Source of the DNA: Myxococcota bacterium
Lineage (GTDB): Bacteria; Myxococcota_A; UBA9160; JAFDDA01
Length of the DNA stretch: 64,000 nt
Reading direction: 5' to 3'
Assembly: GCA_965228475.1 (NCBI GenBank)
Contig: OZ245817.1
Location: 2,912,001 to 2,976,000 of the forward strand
The notes beneath the pieces are model-generated. The model was not told the DNA's origin and did not search any database. It worked only from the letters and a program-made list of their open reading frames with translations. Shown in pieces: positions 9,050 through 18,563 of the stretch; the stretch's first letter is position 1, and each line of letters starts with the position of its first letter. The position numbers were made by a program, and so were the translations under genes.

Positions 9050-10326
9050 CCGGCGTCGGACCGGCGGGCCCATTCCTCGAGGACGTCGCCCGCGCGTTCG
9101 AGGTAGCCCTCGCCCCGGACGAGTTCGCGATAGCCCGGGACGGCGCCCACCCACTTGCCCAACCGGACGTTCGGCGCATCGGTGAGGTACAGGGTGGCGA
9201 GTCCCATCAACGCGGGGCCGTCCATCCCCGCGGTGGTGACCCCCACCTGACCGACCAGACCGTGCGTTCGCCTCAGGTGCTCGAAGAGCTGGAGCTGGGC
9301 ACGCCGCATGTCGGCCCCTTGGAAGAGCGGGTCCTTCCAGAAGAGCGTGAGATCCACGGCGCCCGCCGGGACCGGCCCGTCGAGGGCGTCGCCCACGAAG
9401 ATCGGCGTCAGTCCGGCCGCGCCCGATCGCGCCGCGAGCTCGAGCAGCTCCTCCTCCGACGAGTTGCGCCACTTCTGATAGGCGCTGTGACGAACCCAGA
9501 CGAGGACCTTGCCGCGGAGCAGAGCGTCCCCCATCGCGCGATCGGCCCAGTCGACGATCCGCCGAGGGACCGGCCCGTCGCCGAGGAACGCGGCCCGGAG
9601 CTTCCGCTGCGAAGCGCGCGGATCGGCGCGGAAGGCCTGCGCCACGATCGCGGGGAGCTGTTTGTTCGCACGAGGGCGCGACCGTGGCGGGACCAGCCGC
9701 CCCCGGAGCCCGGCATCGTGGAGGAAGCGCTCCGCCTGGTGTGTCTGCGGTTGGTCGGGCTCGATCTGGATCGCGACGCCCGCGAGCACCGCCGCAGCTC
9801 CCAGATACCAACCCTCACCGAAGGAGAACCCCGGATCGGCGTGGAAGGTGTACGCGTCGTTGCGTTGGTCGACGATGCGTCGTGCATCTCGCGCCGCAGT
9901 CTCCGCCGCGCGCGAGGACTCCCACACAGCGGAGTCGTCCAACCGGGATACCAACTCCTTGGCTTGCCTTGCAGCCGCCTCGGCACCGGCCACGATGGCG
10001 TCGACCCGTCGCCAACCGTCGTCGCAGGCTTCCCGGGTCGGCGCGCGCTGAGCGCTCATCGAGAGCTGCCCCGCCCCGTAGCGGGCGTCAGCAGCACGAG
10101 CAGCGAGCGAGCGCACCAGGGTGCCGCGCGCGCATGCAATCGCCTCGGGCGTCGCGTCGGCTTTCGCAAGGGCGGCCCGCGCCAGCTCGATCGCCTGCAC
10201 GATCAGGCTTCGGTGGCTCTCGCGCCCGCCGGGCAACCCGACCCTGCGCAGCGCCTCCGCGAGAAGGTCCGCCGCACGACGCCCCAAGGCGTGCGCGTCG
10301 CCGGGGACGCGACTCGGAGAAGTCAT
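9046..10326 (-). CDS. Hypothetical protein; C-terminal half possibly glycosyltransferase (GT-B)-like
   Basis: Long ORF with protein-like composition (KVLVWVR, PIFVGD, TTAGMDGPALMGLATLYL); start uncertain. Confidence 0.55.
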   Translation of the reverse strand: MTSPSRVPGDAHALGRRAADLLAEALRRVGLPGGRESHRSLIVQAIELARAALAKADATPEAIACARGTLVRSLAARAADARYGAGQLSMSAQRAPTREACDDGWRRVDAIVAGAEAAARQAKELVSRLDDSAVWESSRAAETAARDARRIVDQRNDAYTFHADPGFSFGEGWYLGAAAVLAGVAIQIEPDQPQTHQAERFLHDAGLRGRLVPPRSRPRANKQLPAIVAQAFRADPRASQRKLRAAFLGDGPVPRRIVDWADRAMGDALLRGKVLVWVRHSAYQKWRNSSEEELLELAARSGAAGLTPIFVGDALDGPVPAGAVDLTLFWKDPLFQGADMRRAQLQLFEHLRRTHGLVGQVGVTTAGMDGPALMGLATLYLTDAPNVRLGKWVGAVPGYRELVRGEGYLERAGDVLEEWARRSDAG

Positions 10327-10385
10327 CTCGCCCAAGCGAGTGGATGGCCAAGCATGAACCGAGCATAGCGGCGGGCGCCGCCGAC

Positions 10386-11483
10386 CTAACGCGTGGCGTC
10401 CTGGAACTCGAGGCCGACCCAGCGGACCTTCGGTGCGATGTACGCCACCCAGGCCCCGAGCGCGACGGCGACCGGCAGGGTCGGCAGCGCCCAGAACGCG
10501 AGCGCCCAGGCCCCGACGAAGCCGACGAGCTTCGCCATCGCCCACGGAATGAGCTCGGGGCGGATGAAGCCACGCGGGCGGAGGAACGAGCCGTTCGCCA
10601 CGAGCAGCGCGGCGAAGATCGGCCACGGAAAGCCCCTCGAATCGAGCGCCGGGGCGTCGTCGTGGGCCGCGTCGCCCGCGCCGGGCCCGGCGGCGAGCGC
10701 TTCTTCGACCCGCCCCCACACGTGCTCGGGCGTCGGACGCTCGAGCGCACCACCGACGTTCTTGTGGGTCGGCACGCTCCGCCAGCGGTAAAGGACGCGG
10801 CCTTCGCCGGACAGGGCGAGCACGCCCGGCTGGAAATAACCCTTCGGGTGCTGGGGCGCGTCCTTGCCGTAGTCCGCGGCGCTCCGCTCGAGGAACCCGA
10901 GGCGCCGGTTCACGAAGATCTCGAGCCACCCCCGCTCGTTGCAGACCGCGGAGATCTCCTGGTGCGGATCCCCGACGCACTCGAAGGGAAGATCCCATTC
11001 GCGCCGGGCGCGGTCGGCCAGGGCCTGCGGCTCACTGGTGACGGCGTAGACCTCGCCGCCCGCTGCGCGGATCGCTTCGACCGTTCCCGACTTCGCATAG
11101 CTTCGCAACTCGAAGCGACAGGGCGGTCACCAGAAGCCGCGATAGAACAGCACGACGCTGAAGGGGTGGCGGAGCGCAACGTCATCGAGCCACGCGCGCC
11201 GCGGACCGGGCGGCGGGTCGAGCTCGGCGACGCCGGCGGCCTCGGACGCGGCCCCGTCCCCGAGCCATTCGACCTGCGCCCCGTCGACGCGGAAGGTCTC
11301 TTGCCGGCACGTCCCTTCGCCGCACAGGACGAGGCGGAGATCCCGCTCGGCGCCCGGGGCAGCGGGCGGATCGACGATGCCCGTCACCTCGAACTCACCC
11401 GCGCCCCGTGCGTTGAACCAGGCCAGGGCCGCCTGGACGTCGCGCGCGAGGGGTTCGGGGATGCTGTCGAGAACCGTCGTCAC
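10386..11483 (-). CDS. Predicted selenoprotein: AhpC/TSA-like redoxin with UxxC motif and C-terminal membrane segment
   Basis: ORFs 11127..11483 and 10386..11108 are in one frame, separated only by TGA at 11127-11129: VVLFYRGFW-TGA-PPCRFEL; hairpin follows. Confidence 0.82.
11073..11129 (-). promoter_or_regulatory. Candidate bacterial SECIS stem-loop
   Basis: After UGA: GCUUCG-AGUUG-CGAAGC apical hairpin, with possible outer pairing GACCG/CGGUC and CCC/GGG. Confidence 0.6.
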
Positions 11484-11511
11484 GAACGAGACCGTAGCCC
11501 AGCTCTCCCGG

Positions 11512-12492
11512 CTAGAGCCTGCCCGAGGCTCCCGGGCCAGCGCCCGCCGCGAGGTACCCGCCGTCGATCCACGCGGTCAGGACCTCCACGTACTCCTCGC
11601 CCGCGTCCTCGTGGGAGAAGTGCCCGGCGTCCTCGAACACGACGAGTCGGCTCGAAGGGAGGCGTTCGTGAAGGCGCTCGGCGTTCTCGGGAAGGACGAA
11701 GGCATCCGCGCCGCCCCAGGTGATCAGGACGGGCGTCTCGGTCTCGGGGAGCATCTCTCCGAGCGCGGTGAGTTCCCGTTCATAGGAGGCCAGGAAGGCG
11801 AGACCGAGGCGATGCGAAGCCGGATTGTGCGTGATGGCGTAGTACTCGGCGCGCGCGGCGGCCGAGGGCTCGGCGCTCGCGTAGCCCGTCTCCGTGGCGA
11901 TCTCGTAGGTCTGGCGCATGGCCGTTCCCGTGACCACGTTGCCCACGAGCCAGCGGTAGGCCCCCGAGCGGACCAGGCGGTCGAGCCCCGGGCCCATGGC
12001 CGGCGGGTAGTACCCCGGCCCGTTGAACACGTTCGCGCTCTGCACCCGGTCGCCGTGCTTCGCGGCAAGCCAGAGCGCGACCGGCGCCCCGACGTCGGGA
12101 CCCGCGACGTGGAAGGGGCCGATCCCGAACTCGTCCGCCATGCGAAGCACGACCTCCCCCGCCGCGGACGGAGACATCCTTTCTTCGGACCCCTCCGACA
12201 GGCCGAAGCCCGGCAGGTCGAGGGCCAGCAGGTCGTATCGCGCGGAGAGCGCCGGCCAGGCGGCGTCCCAGGCGCGGATCGATTGCGGGTAGGGCCCGAG
12301 CAGGACCAGGGAGGGCGCGCCGTCTCGCGTGCTTCGGCGGTACCGGATCTCCAATCCGTCGACGGTCGCCGTCGTCGCGGCCGCCCTCGCCTCTTCCCAG
12401 GACGGCCCGCCCTGTTCCTCTTTCGGGTTCGCACAGCCCAGAACGAGCACCGCCAGCAGCGGCGCGGATACCAGTGTGGCCTTCGTATTCAT
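11512..12492 (-). CDS. Alpha/beta hydrolase (epoxide hydrolase/dehalogenase-like), predicted lipoprotein
   Basis: LVLGC lipobox; DLPGFGLS; GPDVG; AGHFSHED. Confidence 0.8.
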   Translation of the reverse strand: MNTKATLVSAPLLAVLVLGCANPKEEQGGPSWEEARAAATTATVDGLEIRYRRSTRDGAPSLVLLGPYPQSIRAWDAAWPALSARYDLLALDLPGFGLSEGSEERMSPSAAGEVVLRMADEFGIGPFHVAGPDVGAPVALWLAAKHGDRVQSANVFNGPGYYPPAMGPGLDRLVRSGAYRWLVGNVVTGTAMRQTYEIATETGYASAEPSAAARAEYYAITHNPASHRLGLAFLASYERELTALGEMLPETETPVLITWGGADAFVLPENAERLHERLPSSRLVVFEDAGHFSHEDAGEEYVEVLTAWIDGGYLAAGAGPGASGRL

Positions 12493-12510
12493 CGGAGCCC
12501 TCCTCGATTT

Positions 12511-12533
12511 GTTAGTCTTGATTATAGACTTAC
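12511..12533. promoter_or_regulatory. Inverted repeat, probable HxlR operator
   Basis: GTTAGTCT-N7-AGACTTAC in an AT-rich divergent spacer. Confidence 0.45.
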
Positions 12534-12668
12534 TCGACCGAGGAGTGCAACCAACCTCCCTGAGCGTGTTTCGCTAGGCTTCAGAGCGCCTGGACCGAGG
12601 CCTGCAGATCCGCCACGCACGCGCTGTCGGTCTGGTTCCGAGACTCTCAGGACGGAAGGAAGCCAGCC

Positions 12669-13172
12669 ATGAAATGGAACGAGGTCGGCACCCAGGTCTG
12701 CTCGCTCGCGCGCAGCCTGTCCGTCGTCGGCGACCCCTGGACCCTCCTCTTCCTCCGGGAGGCCTTCGCCGGGACCACGAAGTTCGAGGATTTCCTCTCC
12801 GGGACGGGCGCGAGCCGGGCCATCGCCACGGAGCGCCTCGGTGGACTCGTCGCGCACGGGGTCCTCGAGCGGCGCGAGTACCTCGATGCGCCGCGGCGGT
12901 TCGAGTACCGGCTGACGCCGATGGGGCTCGAGCTCCTGCCCGTGGTGCTCTCGCTCGTGAAGTGGGGCGACGAGTGGCTCAGCGACGGCGGCCCGCCACC
13001 GGTAGAGCTCACCCACTCCGCGTGCGGCGGATCGGCCGGATACGAACTGCGCTGCAAGTCGTGCGGCGACCCCCTCGGCAATGAAGTCGCAGCGACCTAC
13101 CGGCCCGGAACCTGGGCCACCGGCCGAAAGACGACGAAGAAGCGCCTCCGGCCAGCCCGCGCCTCGCGCTAG
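12669..13172 (+). CDS. HxlR family winged-helix regulator
   Basis: CSLARSLSVVGDPWTLLFLRE...EYRLTPMG; C-terminal HSACG...CKSCG. Confidence 0.92.
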   Translation: MKWNEVGTQVCSLARSLSVVGDPWTLLFLREAFAGTTKFEDFLSGTGASRAIATERLGGLVAHGVLERREYLDAPRRFEYRLTPMGLELLPVVLSLVKWGDEWLSDGGPPPVELTHSACGGSAGYELRCKSCGDPLGNEVAATYRPGTWATGRKTTKKRLRPARASR

Positions 13173-13178
13173 CCCCGG

Positions 13179-14942
13179 CTAGCGGCCCGCGTCGATCGGA
13201 ATCACCGGCACCAGCAGGTGGGAGTCGTACGGACCGCCCGCGTGGAGGACGTGGGTGCCGCGGTTGATCGTCTTCTCGTGCGCCAGGGCGGGGTGAGCGT
13301 AGATGTCGCGACCCTGGACCACGACCTCGAGCACCTCGCCCGGCCCGAAGCGCGTACTGCTGGGGAGGATCTCGATCTCGACGGGCACGATCTCGCCATC
13401 GCCGAGCGGAAGGCTGCGCTCGTGCGCAAGGACGGGCTGGGCCGGCGTCGACCGGCCTGGGTCGAGCTCCCGCTGGGAGACGCGCAGCCAGCCAAGCGCG
13501 ACCGGCCCGCGCGAGTAGCCGGCCTTGGCGTAGAAGGTCTGCTCCTCGCCGCGCGCGTCGTACTTCTTCACGGCGACGAAGAGGTCCATGTCCCGGGCGC
13601 CCTCGGCCTCGACCCAGAGCTTGAGCTTCATGTTCCCGGTGATCTCGGTCTCCTCCTCGAAGGCCGTGCGAAAGACCGCCCTGCCCTCCCGCGCGCCGTA
13701 GCGGACGGCAGCGGCCGCCTCTGCCCGACGCGGCCCGAGCGACCCGGCGGTGGCGTCGAGATGGAGCGGTGTGTAGACGGTGGAAGGCAGCGGCCAATCG
13801 GCCTCCCCACGCACGGCGTACTCGTCGCGCGCGTTGCGAACCTCGAGCCGCACGCGGGGCCGGGCGTCGAACCCGTTCGCCTCGCCCTTCAGGAAGTGAT
13901 CGAAGAAGGCGGTCTGCATCTCGAGCGCCTCTTCGCTGTAGTAGACCGCCCACTTCGGTCGGCCGTGCGTGAAGAGCCATTTCTGCTCCGAAGCGATGCG
14001 CTTGAAACCTTCGAAGGAGCCGCGCGTGTGCATGCCGTGATCGGACCAGCTCGCGCAGATCAACGCGGGGACGGTGATCTCCTCGAGCGCGATGCCCGAG
14101 GGCGGCATGAAGCGCTCCTGGAGACGTTTCATGAGCATCGGCCGGACGCCGGCGAAGGACACCACCGAGGCGGGCGGAAGGTTCGCCTCGTTGGCTTTGC
14201 TGCGCACGCGGGTCAGCCAGAACTCGGTGAAGGCGGTCTCGGGGATGCCGCCATGGAAGAGCACCTCGCGGAAGTTGTCGCTCTGGCCTTCCCAGGGCGT
14301 GATCGCCTTGAGGTGTTCCGGCGCCCCGCTGCCCGCGACCCACTGCGCGATGGCGAGGTAGGACACGCCGGTCAGGCCGACGTTGCCGTTGCTCCAGTCC
14401 TGCGTCCCCGCCCAGGTGATGGCGTCGTGGAAGTCGTGCCGATCCTGCAGGCTGAGCACGGTCGCGACGCCGCCGGACTTCCCGTAGCCGCGCGCGTCGA
14501 GGGTGACCACGGCGTAGCCCTGCTGCACCCAGTAGGCCGGATCGGGGCCCTCCCAGGGCGTCCAGGGGCTGATCGCGAAGCGGCCCATGTCGAAGTCCGG
14601 CTTCAGCGCGTTACGCAGGTGGTCCGGGTAGCGCCGCGGCCCGTCGTCTTTGTGGTAGGCGGTGATCGTCATGACCACCGGGTACCGCCCGGGCGCCGTC
14701 GGGCGGAAGACGTTCGCCGAAAGGCGCGTCCCGTCGCGGGTCGTCACCGCGACGTCGCGTTCGATCGCGATCTCCTTCTCGAGCGCCGAGACGTCGAGAA
14801 CGCGGATCGGACTCCCGGGCGAGGCGAGCAGGTCCGAGATGTCCGAAGGCGGGTGAAGGGCCGGCCCGGTTCCGAAGACCAGGTAGAGGCCGAGTGCGGC
14901 CGCGCCCGCGACCAGCGCCAACCCCCATCTCATCCAACCCAT
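13179..14942 (-). CDS. CocE/NonD (S15) family serine hydrolase
   Basis: RDGTRLSANVFRP, DARGYGKSGG, WSNGNVGLTGVSYLA; N-terminal TM helix. Confidence 0.92.
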   Translation of the reverse strand: MGWMRWGLALVAGAAALGLYLVFGTGPALHPPSDISDLLASPGSPIRVLDVSALEKEIAIERDVAVTTRDGTRLSANVFRPTAPGRYPVVMTITAYHKDDGPRRYPDHLRNALKPDFDMGRFAISPWTPWEGPDPAYWVQQGYAVVTLDARGYGKSGGVATVLSLQDRHDFHDAITWAGTQDWSNGNVGLTGVSYLAIAQWVAGSGAPEHLKAITPWEGQSDNFREVLFHGGIPETAFTEFWLTRVRSKANEANLPPASVVSFAGVRPMLMKRLQERFMPPSGIALEEITVPALICASWSDHGMHTRGSFEGFKRIASEQKWLFTHGRPKWAVYYSEEALEMQTAFFDHFLKGEANGFDARPRVRLEVRNARDEYAVRGEADWPLPSTVYTPLHLDATAGSLGPRRAEAAAAVRYGAREGRAVFRTAFEEETEITGNMKLKLWVEAEGARDMDLFVAVKKYDARGEEQTFYAKAGYSRGPVALGWLRVSQRELDPGRSTPAQPVLAHERSLPLGDGEIVPVEIEILPSSTRFGPGEVLEVVVQGRDIYAHPALAHEKTINRGTHVLHAGGPYDSHLLVPVIPIDAGR

Positions 14943-14985
14943 GGTCCGCCCTCCTTCGCTGCGCCCTTGCGTGCGTACCGTTATC

Positions 14986-15001
14986 CGATACAACTGTATC
15001 G
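14986..15001. promoter_or_regulatory. Perfect inverted repeat, probable IclR operator
   Basis: CGATACA-AC-TGTATCG between the divergent hydrolase and IclR genes. Confidence 0.6.
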
Positions 15002-15028
15002 TATCATGGAACATGAGGAGCCGCCGCC

Positions 15029-15781
15029 ATTCCCGTCGCCACCCCGGAAAAGGCCCGTCGTGGCACCGGAATCCGCTCCATTGCCCGGGCCGCCGACGTG
15101 CTCCGCTCCCTCAAGGGCAGCGAGGGTCTCAGCCTCGGAGAGATCGCCGGACGGGTCGGTCTGCCGCGCTCGACGGTCCAGCGCCTCGTCGACGCCCTGA
15201 TCGCGGAGGGGCTGGTCGTGGCCTCCGCCGCCGAGGGCGGCCTGCGGCTGGGCCCGGAGATCCAGGCGCTCGCGGCGGCCGACCGGTCCGCCGTGCTCGA
15301 CGTGGTCCGCCCCTTCCTCGAGACGCTGTCCGCGAAGACGGGCGAGACCGTCGATCTCTCCGCCTTCCACGCAGATCACATGCTCTTCGTCGACCAGGTC
15401 GTGGGCACGCACCGGCTGCGCGCCGTCTCCGCCGTCGGCGAGCGCTTCCCGATGACGACGACGGCCAACGGCAAGGCCGCCCTCGCCCTGCTCGACGACG
15501 GGACCCTCGACGCCATCGCGACCCGCCAGCTCGCCGGGCGCAGGAAGGCGCTCCCCTCGTTTCGCGCGGAGATCGATCGCATCCGAAGCAGCGGCTACGC
15601 GCTCGATCTCGACGAACACAGCGAGGGGATCTCGGCCGTCGGTGCGGCCTTCCGCGCACCGACCGGGATGCTCTACGCGATCTCCATTCCGGTTCCCTCG
15701 GAGCGATTCGCTCGGAGCCGGGAAGGACTCGTCGAAGCGCTGCTGGGCACGATGGCTTCGCTTCGGGCAACGCTCGGCTGA
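15029..15781 (+). CDS. IclR family regulator (probable ATT start)
   Basis: IRSIARAADVL...GLPRSTVQRL, GETVDL, TANGKA, GYALDLDE. Conserved helix 1 lies upstream of the first GTG (15098). Confidence 0.88.
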   Translation: MPVATPEKARRGTGIRSIARAADVLRSLKGSEGLSLGEIAGRVGLPRSTVQRLVDALIAEGLVVASAAEGGLRLGPEIQALAAADRSAVLDVVRPFLETLSAKTGETVDLSAFHADHMLFVDQVVGTHRLRAVSAVGERFPMTTTANGKAALALLDDGTLDAIATRQLAGRRKALPSFRAEIDRIRSSGYALDLDEHSEGISAVGAAFRAPTGMLYAISIPVPSERFARSREGLVEALLGTMASLRATLG

Positions 15782-15818
15782 GCTTCGCGGCCCCGCCCAC
15801 GCGCCAGCATCGGGAGCC

Positions 15819-16706
15819 TCAGCGCGGCGTCGCCATGATCGCGTCGATCAGCGTGATCAGCCGATGGATCGCGGGCCCGAGCGTCCAGACGAGGATTCCC
15901 GGCAGGAAGCCCGAGACCAGGGGAAACACGAGCTTCTCGGGCAGGGCTTCGGCGCGTGCGAGGGCGCGCTCGCGGGCCCGGCGCGCCAGGTCGTCCGCGA
16001 TGTTCCGCACGATCTCGACCAGACCGGCCCCGGCCTCCTCCGCCTGGATCCACGCCGAGACGAAGCTCCGGATCGCGTCGACTTCCGTCCGGGTGGCCTG
16101 CCGCCGCATCGCCGTCGAGCGGTTTTCGCCCGCGCGGATCTCGTTCTGGACCCGCGCGAACTCCCGAACGAGGGGCCGGTCCGGCGTGGCCGAGACGTAG
16201 CGTTCGAGCGCGGCTTCGAACCCCATCCCCGACTCGGCCAGCGTCGCCAGCGTCTCGAGGGCGGGCGGCAGGTCCCGCTCGAGGGAAGCCACGCGCTCGC
16301 GACGGGCGGCCCTCACGCGAAGCGCCGGCACCGAAGCGATGCCCAACGCGACGAGGACCGGCGCGAAGGCGACGAAGTAGGACAGCGCCGTCCCGAAGAC
16401 GGGGATCGTCCGGGCCTGCCACTGGAGCCCGGTCGCCATCGCACTCGCTCCCCAGGCCCAGGCGATCGCCACGCCCAGGAACAGGGCGATGCCCTGCCGA
16501 ACCGAGAAACGGCGGACGGCGTCCTCGCCCTCGTAGCCGGCCAGGGCGAGCCAGTGCGCGAGGCGCGAGCTCCGGGGCGTCGAGACATCCTTCTCCCAGA
16601 GCCGGGCTTCCGCCCCGCGGCTCCGCTCGGTCCACCACGCGAGGCCCGCGGCGCCGACGATCAGCAGCAGCCCGAACAGCAGGGTGAGGAAGTCCAGGGC
16701 CGACAT
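15819..16706 (-). CDS. tadC: Tad inner-membrane platform TadC (T2SS F domain)
   Basis: LPPALETLATLAESGMGFEAAL...IQAEEAGA...AEALPEKLVFPL. Confidence 0.85.
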   Translation of the reverse strand: MSALDFLTLLFGLLLIVGAAGLAWWTERSRGAEARLWEKDVSTPRSSRLAHWLALAGYEGEDAVRRFSVRQGIALFLGVAIAWAWGASAMATGLQWQARTIPVFGTALSYFVAFAPVLVALGIASVPALRVRAARRERVASLERDLPPALETLATLAESGMGFEAALERYVSATPDRPLVREFARVQNEIRAGENRSTAMRRQATRTEVDAIRSFVSAWIQAEEAGAGLVEIVRNIADDLARRARERALARAEALPEKLVFPLVSGFLPGILVWTLGPAIHRLITLIDAIMATPR

Positions 16707-17557
16707 CAGACGGTGATCCTGGAGATGCGCCACATCCAGAGGAGTGAGAGCGCCTGCACGAGCAGGGTTCCGCCGACGAGCCCCTCCCCGACCCCGCTCG
16801 CCAGGAACGAAGCGATGCCGGGCGGATCGTTCAGCCAGACGACCACGGCGATCGCCAGGTTCGCGGCCATGAGCACGAGGACGGAGCCTCGGGTCGGCGC
16901 CGCCTGGGATTCGATGCGCCGCAGGACGTCGGCCCGGTCGCGTACCGAGCGCGAGACCACCGCGAGGCTCCGCGAGAGCTGGCCGCCGGCGTGCCACTGG
17001 ATCGCGAGGCAGAGCGCGAGCAAGCGGAACGATTCGAGGGGGACTTCCTGTGTCAGGCGAGCCGTGGCCTCGGAGGGGTTCTCTCCGGTGGCCAGGCGAC
17101 CCGTCATGTCGGAGAGCAGGCGGCGCAAGGGTTCGCGCGCGTCGCGTGCCGCTCGCTGGAACGCATCGAGCGGGCTGGCACCGGACCGGAGGGCCGAGGT
17201 GACGAGGTCGAGCGCGTCGGCCAGACCCTCTTCGAGTGCGAGCGCGGCCCGGTCGACGCGCGCGCGGTGGGCGATGAACGCGAGCGCCCCCACCACGGCG
17301 CCCAACCCCAGACCGACCACCACCTGAGCCAGGGCGACGACGGCGATGGCCCCGGCGCCGGCCCCGACGAGCAACCCGACCTGGATGCTGCGCTGACCGG
17401 CGAGCGAGCCGGCGACGGGTTCGGGCGAATCGGCGTCGTCGGGACGGCTGTGCAGCCGCTGCGCCGCCCGGGAGCGCTGCTGCCAGGCGCGGGCAGCCGC
17501 TCCCGAGACCGCCAGAACCCCCGCGAAGGTGAGTGCTGCGAGCCCTGCACTACTCAT
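16706..17557 (-). CDS. tadB: Tad inner-membrane platform TadB
   Basis: LADALDLVTSALRSGAS...IQWHAGGQLSRSL; translationally coupled to tadC. Confidence 0.85.
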   Translation of the reverse strand: MSSAGLAALTFAGVLAVSGAAARAWQQRSRAAQRLHSRPDDADSPEPVAGSLAGQRSIQVGLLVGAGAGAIAVVALAQVVVGLGLGAVVGALAFIAHRARVDRAALALEEGLADALDLVTSALRSGASPLDAFQRAARDAREPLRRLLSDMTGRLATGENPSEATARLTQEVPLESFRLLALCLAIQWHAGGQLSRSLAVVSRSVRDRADVLRRIESQAAPTRGSVLVLMAANLAIAVVVWLNDPPGIASFLASGVGEGLVGGTLLVQALSLLWMWRISRITV

Positions 17558-17583
17558 CCGACCCACCTCCGCCCGAACGCAAG

Positions 17584-17615
17584 AGGCGCGGCCCCTCTTC
17601 CGAGGAGCCGCGCCT
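17584..17615 (-). terminator. Strong 14-bp hairpin between the PEP-CTERM gene and tadB
   Basis: Minus strand AGGCGCGGCTCCTC-GGAA-GAGGGGCCGCGCCT; weak U tract. Confidence 0.5.
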
Positions 17616-17668
17616 GATGAAGGGCGACTGCCCGCCGCGACGGTTCGACCGGCACGGCAGGCCCCTGG

Positions 17669-18451
17669 CTAGTCGCGCTTGCGGCCGAGCGCCGCGAGGC
17701 CCGCGAAGCCGGAGAGCAGCAGCAGCAGGCTGCCCGGCTCGGGCACGAGGTTGCTCTCGACCCAGCCCTCGGCGAGTTCGAGCGCCTCTTCGAGGTCCTC
17801 TTCGTTCGCCGGCGTGAGGGTGGCGAAGAGGATGAAGAGCGAGTTCGACGGGTCGACGAAGCCGTCCGCCTGGAACACGGCCTCGACCAGGTAGATGCCC
17901 TCGGTCGCGAAGTCGGGCGTGACCGTGGCATCGCCGAGCAGCGTGAAGTCGTGGTGCTCGTGGAGCAGACCGTTGGCCGCCGTCGTGCCGAGTTCGATCC
18001 CGGTCACGGCCGCCGAGCCGTCCAGCACGGACGTGCCGCCGAAGTGCGCGATCTCGAGGACCTCGCCGTCCGGAGTCGCGCCGAAGTCCACCGCGCCGAC
18101 GCCATCCCAGTACGAAAGGCTCCGGCCCTCGTAGCCCAGGATGATGTCGAGCTCGACGTCGGTGCTGCCGGGGATGTTGTCCGCGCCGAGCGGCAGCTGC
18201 AGGGGAGCCACCGTGTCGCTGAACGAGTTCCAGCCGGGCTCGTCGCCCGAGAAGGAGCCGTCGAGCTCCGGGTCGAAGAGCTCCCCTTCGAAGATGTTCG
18301 CATCGACGAACAAGAGATCGTCGAAGTCCATGCCTCCGACGACGAGCTCGCCGCCCTGCTGGTAGACGTTCGCATCGACGTGCTGGGCCTGTGCCGATTC
18401 CGTCCCAAGGAACAACAGCGAGGCCGCCAGAGCCAAATTCAAGATCCGCAT
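17669..18451 (-). CDS. PEP-CTERM surface protein with His motifs
   Basis: Signal peptide ending AQA-QHVD; LHEHHDF; C-terminal VPEPGSLLLLLSGFAGLAALGRKRD; AAGGAG RBS. Confidence 0.88.
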   Translation of the reverse strand: MRILNLALAASLLFLGTESAQAQHVDANVYQQGGELVVGGMDFDDLLFVDANIFEGELFDPELDGSFSGDEPGWNSFSDTVAPLQLPLGADNIPGSTDVELDIILGYEGRSLSYWDGVGAVDFGATPDGEVLEIAHFGGTSVLDGSAAVTGIELGTTAANGLLHEHHDFTLLGDATVTPDFATEGIYLVEAVFQADGFVDPSNSLFILFATLTPANEEDLEEALELAEGWVESNLVPEPGSLLLLLSGFAGLAALGRKRD

Positions 18452-18525
18452 GATCGTGTTTTCTCCTTTTCGGTTCGGGGCCGGCCGATGGACGTACCGC
18501 CACGATGCCCCTTCCCGAAAACTCC

Positions 18526-18551
18526 AGTGCCGCTCGGGCGCCGACGGTTCC
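18526..18551 (-). promoter_or_regulatory. ECF-type promoter motif copy 1
   Basis: GGAACC-N13-CGGCACT. Confidence 0.6.
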
Positions 18552-18563
18552 ATGGCACGCCGA

